NCBI GenBank assembly: GCA_051294905.1
Contig: CM119371.1
Coordinates: 24,306,001-24,370,000, forward strand
Reading direction: 5' to 3'
DNA from: Botryllus schlosseri
Lineage: Eukaryota
Length of the DNA stretch: 64,000 bases
Shown: positions 26,301 through 38,804 of the stretch, piece by piece
How the letters are laid out: each line of letters opens with the position of its first letter
Position numbering within the stretch: the stretch's first letter is position 1
Program-made: the position numbers and the translations under genes
The notes under the pieces: model-generated
Told to the model about the DNA's origin: nothing
Databases searched by the model: none
What the model saw: the letters and a program-made list of their open reading frames with translations, nothing else

Positions 26301-27558
26301 CAGAGGTGGCCAAAGTAGTCAAGAAAGCTACTTAAGAAGAAGTAGGAGTAGCGACGGAAAAATCTACTCAAGTACAAGTAGAAGTACTTCTTCAATAAGC
26401 CACCTAAAACTACTTGAAGTAGAAGTAGAATTAACTGACTTTATATCTACTCAAGTAAGTAAGTAGTTTTGAAAACAGTCTTAATTCGTTCGCATGGACT
26501 GTCAAAAGCTGCGAATTGAGCTATGCGGCCCGTGCAGGGAGCTTGATTCGTATTGATGCATCCCAGGAGGTATCAACTTTCGACATAATAACTATTGTTT
26601 CGCATCATGGGATGCAAATTATAGTACTGATATGAAAATGCGATACTTATCTTTTGTTTACTAGAGCATCCCGTTTTTAGAGAATATCATGGGATGGCGC
26701 CCTACCCCATATTATAAGGCCCCAAGTTTAGGCGAAGAGCAATACGTAGAAAATGTATCGGATATGGTTACATCACCTTGCGTGATTATTATACGTTAAT
26801 AACAAATATTGTGGATCGCGAAAGTTATGTTTAGTGTCGGCTAGTTTTATTTTCGGAAAATAGAGGCATTACTACACATGTGTTTATGCTTTAGCATCTA
26901 TGAAAGTAAAAGTATGATGCTCACAATTAAAATGAAATACAAATACCACTTCTAAAAAGCGGATAATATATTTCCTGTATTTTGTCCACAAAGCTTAAAA
27001 GGTCATCTGCTAAAACAGGTGTAACGTTCAAAAAAGCTGGATTTTTCAGATTATCAAGACACGTAAGGGGCTGCTAGATTACAATATGATAGGTAATTGC
27101 TAGATTGCGAAACGGTAGTTTCAAATGTTGTGGTGGGCCATATTTACTGTGATGAAATATTTGATAAGGACGACAATGCGGTGTGAGAGGAACCAAGCAA
27201 TCCGGTACCTAAATTACATTCACTGATACTTTCATGAAAACATATTTGTGACTCCATTACTACTATGCGCGAAGCGCAATAAAATTCCTGGGCTTTACTT
27301 GACTCTTATGAATATTAAATGTTGGTACTCCATGAAAACAGCCGCGGAATTCCTCAAGTTATCGTTCGTATTGGGGAATTAGACTACTTCTACTTGACAA
27401 ACTGAAAATAGCGAAAATTAAGTAAGTAGATCACAAAATATTACGAAGTAGAAGTAGAAGTAGAGAAAATCAGATCTACTTGAATAAGTACCAGAAGTAG
27501 AGGAAAACTACTTGAGTAATTCCAAAAAGTAGAAGTACTTCGTTACTGACCACCTCTC
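26301..27558. mobile_element. Old hAT MITE with (AGTAGA)n subterminal arrays
   Basis: CAGAGGTGGCCA / TGACCACCTCTC; flanks GATATCAG / GCTTTCAG (6/8). Confidence 0.75.
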
Positions 27559-28483
27559 GCTTTCAGACATATTCGGTTGTAATTCGAATGGGTGATGACA
27601 TATGAAATCCTTCGCGAATATTGCCGTTTGTTCTCAAACATGTGCGGTGCATAGTCCTAGTCGCCATGGATGAAACAAAGAAGGCTACACTATATTAATA
27701 CGTTTTATCAATAGTATTCAAAACGGATCATGCTTAACGGTATTGATCCATATCTGCAGAAACCCGCTCGAATAATCAATACGAAAGGTATGTAATTCAT
27801 TTACGCGAAAATTCGAGTGGGACAGTTAGTATAGTTTAATTAAAGTCCAGAGATACTAATGTCTAGAGATATAAAAGCAGGAAATGACGAGTGCTTATGC
27901 CGCGTTTAGTCAATTAGTTTTAATAATATTTTAATCATTTCAAAACAACACGAAACTGCGATCCAGGGCAGTCGTACTAACTATCCTGTCGCGTGTAGTA
28001 ATTGGCTGCGACAGATTTGGCGAGATGAAAGTGTCTATAGTTGAAAGTGAGCCTGACTCCAGTCAAGATTTGAATATGCCGAAAAACACTCTATTATTTC
28101 GTGTAAGCTTACATGGGCCGAGCTAGGACCAAGAATTAGTGAGGATGAAAAATAATCACTAGCAGCGATAAAGTTTCCGTAGGGTATGTTGCGGCGTTGT
28201 AAATGTGTAGTATCGCAGTGCGTCAATAAATATGTGCCGTTCGCTGTGCATATTCATGCCGACAATAAGGCGGGTGCCTTTGTACCTAGATATTCCATGG
28301 TTTTGTCAGCATTTTAGAGCATTCTTGTTTAGTGTTTTTGAGGACAATTTACCTCGCTGACGTAAGATGAAACGCACTAACTCAAAAATAGCTTCAGAAA
28401 TATACCCACTTGTCGCATTAAGTAATAACAAGGACAAAGTCAAATTGGATTTATTATTGGTACTGCTAGCAGGCGATTCGAAC

Positions 28484-28678
28484 CAGGCTTGGACAACTAA
28501 ATAATTCTAGTCGTCTAATCTCACGAAATAGAGCGAAATGCCAGTAATATAATTCTAATCTAATTTGAAAAAGCTGCGTAGCTCTAATTCTAATTTTAAC
28601 ATAATTTGGAAAAAGCTGTGTAGCTCTAAATCTCATCTAATTCGGAAAAGCTGAAAATTTTCTAGTTGTCTGGGTCTG
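28484..28678. mobile_element. 195-bp hAT-type MITE, same family as the split element
   Basis: CAGGCTTGGACAACTA / TAGTTGTCTGGGTCTG; flanks ATTCGAAC / ACTCGAAA; internal CTAATT repeats. Confidence 0.8.
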
Positions 28679-28800
28679 ACTCGAAATGAAAATATATTTA
28701 CCTATATCTGAACGTCACAAGCGCTACTATTCCGGCAAGGTCAACACACTCAATACCATTCTGATCAGGACGTCAATGCCCCTGTGGAGACGCTGTAAAT

Positions 28801-29955
28801 CAGAGGTCTCAAACACGCGGCCCGCGGGCCGCATGCGGCCCGCCAGATCATTTTGTGCGGCCCGCGACGGCATTTAAGATTTTCATTAATTTTACAATAT
28901 ATAAGTGCCACATATATCTTTTCAAGTTTTAAAGTGAAAATTCGCTCTTTAATTTCTCCGAAAGCTTGAAACTATTCAACAATTTTCACTATTTGCGCCC
29001 ATGCAGTAGAAGATTCACTATTTCGCCACATTGCCAGTTCATGATGATAAACCCTGACCCTTAGACGATAGTCGTTTACAGCACTATGCTTATAGACGAT
29101 TCGTGGCTGAAATTTGTGAGTAGACTTGGACGCGACCTTTATTAGAATTACTCGGACTCGGGCTGACTCGATGGCCAAATTAAAATGACCCGGGTGGACA
29201 CGGAGTCGTGGGAATAGTAATAGATCAGAAGGTCGCAGCGAGGTATTTCGCTTACTAAGCAAGCAACCACTGGCAATCTATTAGTTACATCTTGGGTCGC
29301 TAAACCATGTTATTATAAGGCCACTTAAATGTACTGAGTGCCGTATAGCGTTACGCTCCAACGATGTAACAACAATGGTTGTTCGGCGTTCCGGCATTTC
29401 TATAACTATGACACATTCATTAATATATTTATAATGTTATTTTTCCGCTCTAATATTCGAAGGTAATTGACCATGAGCTTAATAACCCACTTATCAGGAG
29501 TATACCCGAATATTGGATTGGGCTACATTGCTAAACCCCACATGCTGTGATATCAGATCGATCTCTATTATTAATCTGTTTGATTCACAATATTCATTGT
29601 AGCTGCAAAATTATAACGTGATAGCTTTTATGATAGCATTGTATATTTTTCCGCTCACATGGCGTCTATATCTTAAAATTAATATATATCAAGTACAACA
29701 ACACTTCTATTCAAATAGTTATAAATGTATGATTTTTTTCATGCCAGGCCTAAATTGATACAAGAGTAAATAACATTTTTATGATGTGTGTTGAATGTCA
29801 GAGTGCTGTATCGGCACACATTCAATAGGAAAATTTCATCCCGTCAACTAAGGCCTACTTGGAAAGACATGGAATACCCTTATTGATGCTGCGGCCCGCG
29901 GCGTCGTAAAAACTGGGAAAATGGCCCGCGAGCTCATTTGAGTTTGAGACCTCTG
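28801..29955. mobile_element. Non-autonomous hAT (Charlie-type)
   Basis: TIR CAGAGGTCTCAAAC / GTTTGAGACCTCTG; GCGGCCCG motifs; perfect TSD CTGTAAAT. Confidence 0.92.
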
Positions 29956-32461
29956 CTGTAAATGGTCACGGAGCAGCGAGTCAGTTCGTTGGCTACTGTG
30001 TCCCTTTTGTGTTGTCATGTATATCGGGGCCTTGTGTCGAGTTTACGTCCTAGCGCTGAAGCGCCAGTATAGTTGCCGGCTATCTAATCGCAAACAACAA
30101 TGTCAACGGATTTCAAATTGCTACATCGATACCTTTGGTGCTAGACCTTGGAGAAGATCGATTAATATTCCAAAATTTTAGGGCTACTATTGTGATTAAT
30201 AAACATCGATACCTTGGTCACTAACTAGGATTAATAAAGAAGTATAATGTAACCGGAATTACTAGGCCTATAACATTAGGAATACTTCAGGCCAGTACTG
30301 CTAATATAAAGACCTTAGAAAAGTAACCCATGGTTGAACTTATCCACACATTCGTTTTTCGAAACTGATGTGTCGATGATGGAAAATGACACTAGCCCAA
30401 AACCCGCTTTGTCCGCGTATTCACTTTACGAAGTGAATGCGCCTGACGAACGCCATTTTGTCGCATTGCAATCATTACGTGTAAGAACTATGAAAGTTTA
30501 CTGTATTGGCAAAAATCAATCTGCAAAAGGGTTTTTCATGTGAGGGTTTACTATGACGTATTATTGCAACGTGACGCCTATCTTTCTTATATTGTTCAAG
30601 TACTGCATTTACCTAATCTTTGACATCTACCATCATATTGCTTTAAGATGACGCTAACATGTCTTAGATATAGGTATAAGTTATGAACATTTAATATGAG
30701 AATAGTTGGTTGTTACTGCAGTAATTTAACAGCGAGTACTACAACTGTAGGTATTAATAAGGCGTCATAACTGACCCCGCCCCTATACTAGTATCAGGAC
30801 CCTTCACCCCAACGGGACAAAAGTTTGAAAATTTGATGTGTAATGGACCATAGGACAATAAAAACATGGGTATTTAAAGACCTCTCGGGGTAAGGCATTG
30901 GAGCATATGTGAGTTCGAAATTCGCGATAAGCGTAGTCTATTGCCTATGAAGCACGATATATACGAATTAATAAAAAAGCTTAAGCACACCAATACTGGA
31001 AATTAAGGAATATAGCATGATTACAATTGGGATATTGGTTCACATATGACTATTATAAGTGAGATGGTATCATTTTGTGCTTATCTGGGACTGTGTCGTA
31101 TGCATGTTAAGTGTTAGCTATACCATCAGTTTGCTTTACCAAAAATGGCGCCACCATTTTTTCATGTATGCGAGCTTTTACAGTGAGCCGAAGTATGACT
31201 GATATATGTATGCATATCTATGCCATGTATGATGTCCACATGAATTGTACACTCAGTTGTAGTATCCAACTATTGCATATAAAGACGACATCGGTACGTC
31301 CGCTAGTTTCGGCGAACTTGTGACTCTATGCCAATGTAAATCCGCCAGTCTGAAACAGAGCCCCAAACGAAGCATCCAGTAGCAGACTATATCCAAAAAA
31401 CCGGACATTGACGGAGGCATTGCGGAAGGGTTTGACGTCTTTTGAGATTGAAGGGTGATGTTCCGATGTCCCTCTGAAAAATCTTGACATGCTATTGATT
31501 GGATCGGCTGCTTGCTGTAGTTGCAAAGTACACAGAAATAAAGCAGTGCGATGAAATGGGAGCGACTGCTAACCGAAATTGCAATGTATACATAAATGAA
31601 AAAGCTCGATTAAATTTGCTGGAATCGCTCCATAAAGCCGATGAGCTAAAATGGAAAGAGCCAAGAACATAGAGGTATTGCATTCGGAATATCGTTACAA
31701 CGAAACCTCAACAAACCCCGCGTTCTGTTGGACTTGGAATGCCCGATCTCCGAATCGACAGCACGCAAGTAGGCTACTTGATGACCCTAAGTAGTAACGA
31801 CTCAAACAAGGGGTCGGTTCCTGGACTAATTGCGGTTTGATATCTGCATCTGGAAGATTAGGGAACTCTTATAAACAAGGTGGTCGGCAAATTGGTCAAC
31901 TTGAACTCTGTGTGGTATTGTTTTTTGTGGCATCGATTGGCATATTTCTTGTATATTATATGCATGTATATTGTCGGCAGGAAATACCGTCACATTTATG
32001 GTGTAAACACACCTTGGAGTATTGAACTGTTATTAATCGTGCATAGATATGAATAGGTTAAATCTTGACCCGTGTTGTGATTGACGTATGTTCCGTGTGC
32101 CAACTTAACCGAGTTTTACTAAGATACTTCATTGCTGTCGGCATGATAATTATTGGAGTATGTTGGTTGAATTAAGCCAAGGGGCTTGTCTATTGTATGA
32201 ATAGTTTGAGCCGCTGGACCTTCCGAGGTCACTGCTTCGTTCGATCAATCTACAACCAAGGCTTCAATCAACGTCGACAAAACCGGGTTGTATAAGGGGT
32301 GTGGAAAAATGTGGAAAAGCCAGGAGATGGGGTTGAGCTCTGTGAAGTAAATCGAACCAAGTGTGGAATACTTGCATGGCAAGCGCCATGAAGCTACACT
32401 ATAATCAAATGGAGGCACCAACTGAACTTCTTCCAGGGCTGAACGTCATTTCTTGGCAATT

Positions 32462-34260
32462 TCAGTGGACGGGGGAGAGTCTGAAGACGAACACATCGAT
32501 TACCTCCTTACTATCTGCGAACGCCAATCTATGAAAAGAAAAGATCGTCGAAGGATCACAACTGGGGTTTTCTGCGCCGACACGGGAAGCGTCCTCAAAT
32601 TGAAAAACGTCGTAGAAACCTAATACCCGCCAAGCTGGGAGGAGCGGCAACCTATAGACATGAAACTACGTAATATAGGTGACTCCTCCCACGTTGACTC
32701 CTTAGTAATAATCAATTTCAACGGACTATCGGCTCCATTCGCGATCGAGAAAGGAGACCTCTCGATATTGTAGGTCTAAAATGGATTGATCATGTACAAC
32801 AATTACCAAACATAGCGACTGAATTTGAATCTCCGCCTAATGCAAACGAAGAGTTGTCTTTAGTAACGCTTCATGACGGGATCTCGTGTGATCAACGGGA
32901 CGGAACCAAAGTCGGAATCAGTCTTCGCGACACTGTAACCGATGATGGGTTGATGGAAGCTGCAAATCAGATAAGCGTCGAGCCGGCACGTTGTCTGTGT
33001 CGCCGCAGGCCGTTGCCGCTGGCGCAAGTGTCGAGATGGTAATCACCACTGGCGCGAAATGTGTCGAGTCAGGAATCCCTGCTGGCACCAATCATCAATA
33101 CGCCGATCTTACGATGGCAACTGTCTTACCTTCTTTCCCAAAAGGTCAAAAATATGGGAAATCCCTAGTGTTGGGTCAGGTAGCCCCTGCTGGCACTAGT
33201 CGAGAAAGTGTCGGGTCAGTTAGCACTGCTGGCACTAACTAAAGATGTGTCGAGTCAGGAATCCCTGCTGGCACCATTAATGAAGACGTCGAGCGCGGAA
33301 TCCCGGCTGGCGTAAATAAGGACCTGCACGAGAAAACTGGTCCTAAATGCTCTCGTGGATGCACTTGTCCGAATAACTGTAATGATTCGGCCCATAGATG
33401 CATGACGACAGCCACAGTTATGAGTAATTTCCCAAACAAAGCAGCTGTTACCGGCTAACCGGACACATGTCCGGTCATGACCGGCAAGGAGTCTGGGGAT
33501 TTTAAGATGCACGTCTCCCCAGAAACGGGCCCCGGTGGCGACCGAATCCGCCGGCGTGACGGTAGGCGTGGGCACACGCCGAGATCAGAGGTCAGATTGA
33601 ATAGGTTGGGAATCCCCGCTGACAACGAAGAGCCTCGCCCTCTCTCCACCAACACCAAAACCCCGTTCATCACGAGATTCGCACTGGGCCAATAACTGGC
33701 CCAATTACTATGTAGCCTAACCTTACGACAAGACACCAGTCCCAGCGTGTAGATGGAACTCGAAAGTCTCTGTGCACAATCGGTAGCACTGGCGAAACTG
33801 TCATACAAACCTCCTGACTTTTGACTGGCCTAGAAAATATCGCCGTTCCTGAAGGAGTCTTGACAGCCGTTTATAATCCATTTGCTTCCGAACTTGATAG
33901 CCTGCGGGGCCACCTCAGCGCCCCCCAATCCATGAAATACCAATGCGACATCGAACGTAAGGACCCATCGACTAAGCCTTTCGTTTCTGGCCCTTATAAC
34001 CTGACGCGGGAGGGCCAGGCGAAGGCACTAAAGGAAGCAATAGATAATACCTGATTTTGGTATTATTGAACAAGGTTTTGCCGAATGAAAATTGGCTATT
34101 TGTGTTGTTCCTGAGGAAACGAATGAAAGACTACAAGACAAGGCGAGTCGCACTCGATAGTAGCAAGACGGACGTCAGAGGTAAACCCCCATCCCAAGAA
34201 GTGTACATGATCGCTTACTACAGTCCGACGTGGGTAACTCCTGCGGCGAAAGACTATGAT
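32462..34260 (+). pseudogene. Decayed, internally deleted Ty3/Gypsy-like pol (dUTPase-like relic, repetitive spacer, RT N-terminus, RNase H motif)
   Basis: KDPSTKPFVSGPYNL..ALKEAID/(fs)DFGIIEQGFAE*KLAICVVP resembles the Gypsy RT start; MIAYYSPTWVTPAAKDY resembles RNase H IAYYS..TPAExNY; several stops and frameshifts. Confidence 0.6.
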
Positions 34261-35106
34261 CCAAGCACTACAGCGCTGAAACAACTGCCACCCCTAACAA
34301 TACAAGGGCGGATGAAAGCGAGGCTGGTGCAAGTAAGACGATCGAAATCGATGGCTAACAAGAAGGGGGAGTATAAAACTGTCAAACCAACTGATGCGAC
34401 TTATGGGAAGCAACAGTTGCAAACTCTTCGCGCGCGAAACCAAACCGACGGAATGACGAAAATCATTGGTGAAACACCTACAACGACGCGAGTGCATCCG
34501 GTCACCACTGCGAAGGCTCTGCAGAACTCCACGGAAGACGGCAGGACCGACATCGGAGCGGATTACCAAAACCCGGATCACAACCGCAAGGTAAGTACCG
34601 AAACAACTGTTTTGTATTTAACAGGAGACGACAAAGACGACTCGTCCTCGAAGAGTGTCGAACTAATGAATATTACCTTGGAGTCAACGATGGCTAACAC
34701 ATCGCCGCAGCCCGGGAAGAAAACCCGAAGTTTGGGAACACCCGCTCCTGAGTATTCCCGAATATCAAGAACCACCGTGGGGAAGACAACCACAAGTTTC
34801 GTTGACTACAACTATACTTGGTGGCTGCACGAACTGGTGATGATGGAAGGTGGATATAAGGTAAGAGAATTATCCTTGATCGATAGGATTATTATGGAAG
34901 GTGCGAATCTGATACCTATCGTGGAACCAGTGGTTGTAATAATGGTGGTAACAGGGTTGGTTGCTCTGTTGATTGTGTTATGGGTAGGTTGTATAAGGTG
35001 TCGTCGACGTAGAACCTCAAGTCGTATGAGGAACACGAGGAGACGAAACGGAACAAGTCAATGGATGGCGATAAGAGTAATACGGAACACAACGGAGAAT
35101 GACTAA
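34057..35106 (+). CDS. Second env-like mucin-TM ORF, fused in frame to an RNase H-like fragment
   Basis: 349 open codons; from ~34265 homologous to 2-1339, including the TM and CRRRR tail. Confidence 0.6.
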   Translation: MVLLNKVLPNENWLFVLFLRKRMKDYKTRRVALDSSKTDVRGKPPSQEVYMIAYYSPTWVTPAAKDYDPSTTALKQLPPLTIQGRMKARLVQVRRSKSMANKKGEYKTVKPTDATYGKQQLQTLRARNQTDGMTKIIGETPTTTRVHPVTTAKALQNSTEDGRTDIGADYQNPDHNRKVSTETTVLYLTGDDKDDSSSKSVELMNITLESTMANTSPQPGKKTRSLGTPAPEYSRISRTTVGKTTTSFVDYNYTWWLHELVMMEGGYKVRELSLIDRIIMEGANLIPIVEPVVVIMVVTGLVALLIVLWVGCIRCRRRRTSSRMRNTRRRNGTSQWMAIRVIRNTTEND

Positions 35107-35574
35107 ATCTGAAGGTAAGAATGGGTGTTTGAGATTTGGAGATAAATACGTGATTTTCATAGTTTGTTTTATGGAAGAAGTGAAGTGTGGTGTGATAAAT
35201 TTGGTAATTTTAGAAGTAACATTGCGATAGGTATAAGGCGTACAAAAATAAACCGGCGGCGCATCGTATGTAATAAGTATCTAATGAAGTATTTTACGTA
35301 ATGGACGTAAACGGAAAAAACTGAAACCTCGTAACTAGAAATCTGGTGAGTCATGAAATATCAATTCGAGAGAATTATAAAAGAAAAAAAGGTGACGTGT
35401 AAAAGTACTTAGTCAATAAAATGATCACCATGAACGGGTAATGTTGGTGTATAGTGCACTAGTTCCCTAATTTTTATAAGCTGGAAATTCTCTAGTTGTC
35501 CAAGTCTGCCCTAAAGTACTTTGCACTTCACAAAACCAAAGATGATTAGTAAGTAGTTCAGCGATAGAAAGAGT

Positions 35575-35856
35575 TTAATCGAAGTGAAAGCGATCCCAAA
35601 CTATAATCCCTTTAGTAAAGTGTGAGAGCAGGAACACTGCATTTGAGTAGTCCGAAAAAGTATAAGTGCCGTGTTGATGACGAGTCGTGCCAATGTCGAC
35701 GAATGACGTCACAACTCGACCGTTGTAGGATTGCGACGGTCTGAAGTTTCCGCCGAAAATATTCTCATCTACCATTGTGTCCAAGCAATTTTCGGAATCA
35801 CCAAATGCGCTGTCGTGTTCGGATTCGACCGATTTGATTTGTTGAAAGGCGTGCAG
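35575..35856 (-). CDS. Alpha-CA terminal exon
   Basis: ttttttcag|LHAFQQIK...GGNFRPSQSYNGRVVTSF...FHFD*. Confidence 0.85.
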   Translation of the reverse strand: MHAFQQIKSVESEHDSAFGDSENCLDTMVDENIFGGNFRPSQSYNGRVVTSFVDIGTTRHQHGTYTFSDYSNAVFLLSHFTKGIIVWDRFHFD

Positions 35857-36053
35857 CTGAAAAAAGCGGTATGAATATATCTACGAATGTCAAGACTACC
35901 AAAATATGGCTGTTTGGGAACGGGAAGAAACTCCTTAGACATATTTTGTGCGGTGCTGAGATATATGAGTGGTTTAACATGGATAAAGTTACATATATAT
36001 GGTTTTAAATGAAAGCTATGTAAGCCTACATCTACATGCGTATACCAACTTAA

Positions 36054-38477
36054 CCCTAGACTGCTCAGGTGGAATATCGTTACACGATCGCTCTGGTGGG
36101 GTCGATTAGACCCCATCAGTTAATATGCTTTTTGTCTTACCAATTTCGCTATACAGCTGTCTAATAACCTCTTGCATGACGTTATGACAATGTATCTTCC
36201 CTTTTTGAACCCTACTGTTTACCCATTTAAAAGTTCCCGCTGAGGCGTAACACCAATACGCAAATGGCGATATGGGGTCAAACACCCCCCCACCAATTAA
36301 TTATAATAACAAAGAAATAACAACAATACAATGCAACAATACAACAGAGTAACAACGACAACAACAAAGTAGATTCAATCCGAATCCTCCGGCTATATGC
36401 ACTCTTGACATGTCACTATTTTCACAGAGTGTGCTTGGCAGATAAATTCCCCACATTTTCCACATTTCTCGGTTGTTCTCTCGTCTTGTGCTCCACCGCA
36501 AAGACAGCATCTGCCACGTGCAGCTTTGGAGAGCTTTGCTGGTGGCATTTTACTGTCTTCTCCCGGAAAAATTCTTTTAGACGCGAGTCTTGTGCGGACG
36601 CGCAAGTGAGTATTTGATTGCCTGGACACTGCATTTTTCATTGTTAGGGCCAGTGCAATTTCCATTACAAATCCTTTGTGTGTTTGTTTCTTCGCGCGGT
36701 TACCTTTTCTAGCCAGCAAAGATAATATAAAGCCGTTGCATGCAGACAAGTTTATCGATCCAAAGAATATCGTCAGGGGCCAGCGCCGACTATAGCTAAA
36801 ACAGGAGCAGTTTGCCACCATTCTGTCTGCCACGTCGACGCCACCTTTGGTGTGATTATAAAATGTTATTATATCTGATTTCCGGGCGTCACCAGAGCTT
36901 TCATCAATTTTATCATCGTGATGCTGGCTGCTCAACATGGTAAGAATTTTCTTTGAGCCTTTGCCCTTTGGAAGATATGACAGCGGTGTCATATCTTTTT
37001 GAAATCCAAAAATGCTGCTGTACACCTCCCTCCCCTGCTTAGAAATGAACGTAGGAGGTATCTCACTCTTGTTCTTTCGAAGGGTGCCAACTGCATTCAG
37101 TTTATGGTCGTGAAGCAATGACGTCACCAAAGGTATACTGGTGTACCAGTTATCGAATGTGATGTTTCGGCCAGATCCTGGTATATTAGACACCAGCCGT
37201 GTCACTACTTCTTTGGCCGAGTTGTCGACTTTGTACGGCCCTTCCGGTTGAGTCCCGCAATAAATTTCGAAATTGTGGGTGTAGTGAGTATTTTCATCAC
37301 ACAAGGCATGTAATTTAATGCCATATTTTGCCGGTTTGTTTCGAATATACTGTCGGAAAGAACAACGTCCTCGAAACCCCCAAAGCTTTTCGTCAACTGT
37401 CACAAATTCAGACAACACGTAATTTTTCTTGAAGGTGTCCAATATCATATCCGATATTGTTCGAATTTTCGTCAATTTGTCATTTGTTCTATCTTCGCGT
37501 GTGGTAATGTCATCAAATCGAAGACATCGCAAAATGAATCGGAATTTTACGCATGAGTTGCTACCTTGAAGATTTCAAGTCCTGTGCCGTCATCGGCCCA
37601 AAACTCATCAAGTGCCAATTTTGAGCTTTTATGAACCCCAGCCAGAAGAAGAAGACCAATGAAAGCTTCCATCTCCGCCGAATTAGTTGGCCCTACCCTG
37701 TACTTCTCTTTGTAGTCTTGGGATTTTTCATGTATCTTCTTGTTTGTAAATTCAACAAGTAAATCTATCACTTGTGGTGTAAAGAAGAGCTTCCAATATT
37801 CAATGCAGTTATCAGCTTCTATTGCGGACCCAGTGAGACCCGGTGAAAACTTGATCATATTCGCTGCACTTCTTTGACTAGCAGTCGGAGCAGTCTTTCT
37901 CCAAAACGTGGTACCGTCTTTTCCTAACCACCCATCACTGACAGCTGCACCTTCAGGATTTTCTTGATCATCTTGCTCTTCGTCTGAGAGTTCTCAGAAA
38001 CTGCAAGGTCAGGAATATACTCTTCTTCGTCTCCTTCACTGCCGGACGATATCGTTTCGGTAATTTGAGCTAACACCTCTTCTGCCGTAAGCCTGAGCAT
38101 TATTTCCGCACTCAATCCAGATAAAACTGACTTCCTCTGACCAACAAAGAGATCTGAAAGCTTGCCCTCCTGCCTCGTTGACTGCAAGTGACAGAAACAA
38201 TGCCAAAGAGCAACAAACAGTCGAAATCCATCCGATCATAATGAGGAGATAATTACTTAGTATGCCCACTATACCTGCAAAATCTGACCCATGACCAATC
38301 AATAGCTCATTGCGGCGAGGTATTAGCGATAATCAGCTAATGTTTTATTCCGAATGATAGTATATAACACCATTAAGGATTACATGTCTGGTAAGAACAA
38401 TCCGACCGCACATAAAAATATGGCTCACATTTTTGCTCGCATGGGGTCTTTGGGACCCCAACCTGAGCAGTCTAGGG
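36054..38477 (-). mobile_element. Full-length piggyBac transposon (2424 bp) in the last CA intron
   Basis: Perfect 17-bp TIR CCCTAGACTGCTCAGGT; TTAA at 36050-36053 and 38478-38481. Confidence 0.97.
36393..38100 (-). pseudogene. piggyBac transposase with two frameshifts (~37985, ~37550)
   Basis: TVDE, KPAKYG, FDNWYTS, VGTLRKNK, YNHTKGGVDVAD, RRWP, C-terminal Cys-rich domain, acidic N-terminus. Confidence 0.93.
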
Positions 38478-38804
38478 TTAACCTTGCATAATAGCGCGAT
38501 GTGCGGAAATTCAACTTATACTATAAAGCATGAGTATTCATCGATATTGAGATGATCGAAATGGACTACAATTGCTTTCCAATGAAATAGCGATATGCGA
38601 TAATGGGAAGAGGATATTATACTTTAAAACTACGGTTCAAACTACAGTTCTAGTCGCATATTACACTACTTACTGTCAAAATAATATTGTAAACCAATGT
38701 GGGCTAAAATTCCAATTTCAACAACGCAATTACTTTTTAATCCGTCAGTGTGCGATGAAATTGTATTACCAAAAACTCATTCTACTACCACGTCTGCAAC
38801 GGAT

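Larger units (their letters stand above)
21453..35466. mobile_element. 14-kb inserted block with imperfect Merlin-like (GGNRM) ends
   Basis: CTAATTTT at 21445-21452 and 35467-35474; left end GGTACAAGTATACTA versus right-end reverse complement GGAACTAGTGCACTA (11/15). Confidence 0.6.
21368..35508. mobile_element. hAT-type MITE split into 21368-21452 and 35467-35508 by a 14-kb insertion
   Basis: Perfect 18-bp TIR CAGACTTGGACAACTAGA / TCTAGTTGTCCAAGTCTG; perfect TSD CCCTAAAG (21360-21367, 35509-35516); unsplit relative at 28484-28678. Confidence 0.85.

Noticed and set aside
34057..38477. Teratorn-like piggyBac-virus fusion (piggyBac near a glycoprotein ORF)
   Set aside because: The piggyBac is self-contained with its own TIRs and TTAA inside a CA intron, separated from the ORF by a CA exon; no herpesvirus core genes seen
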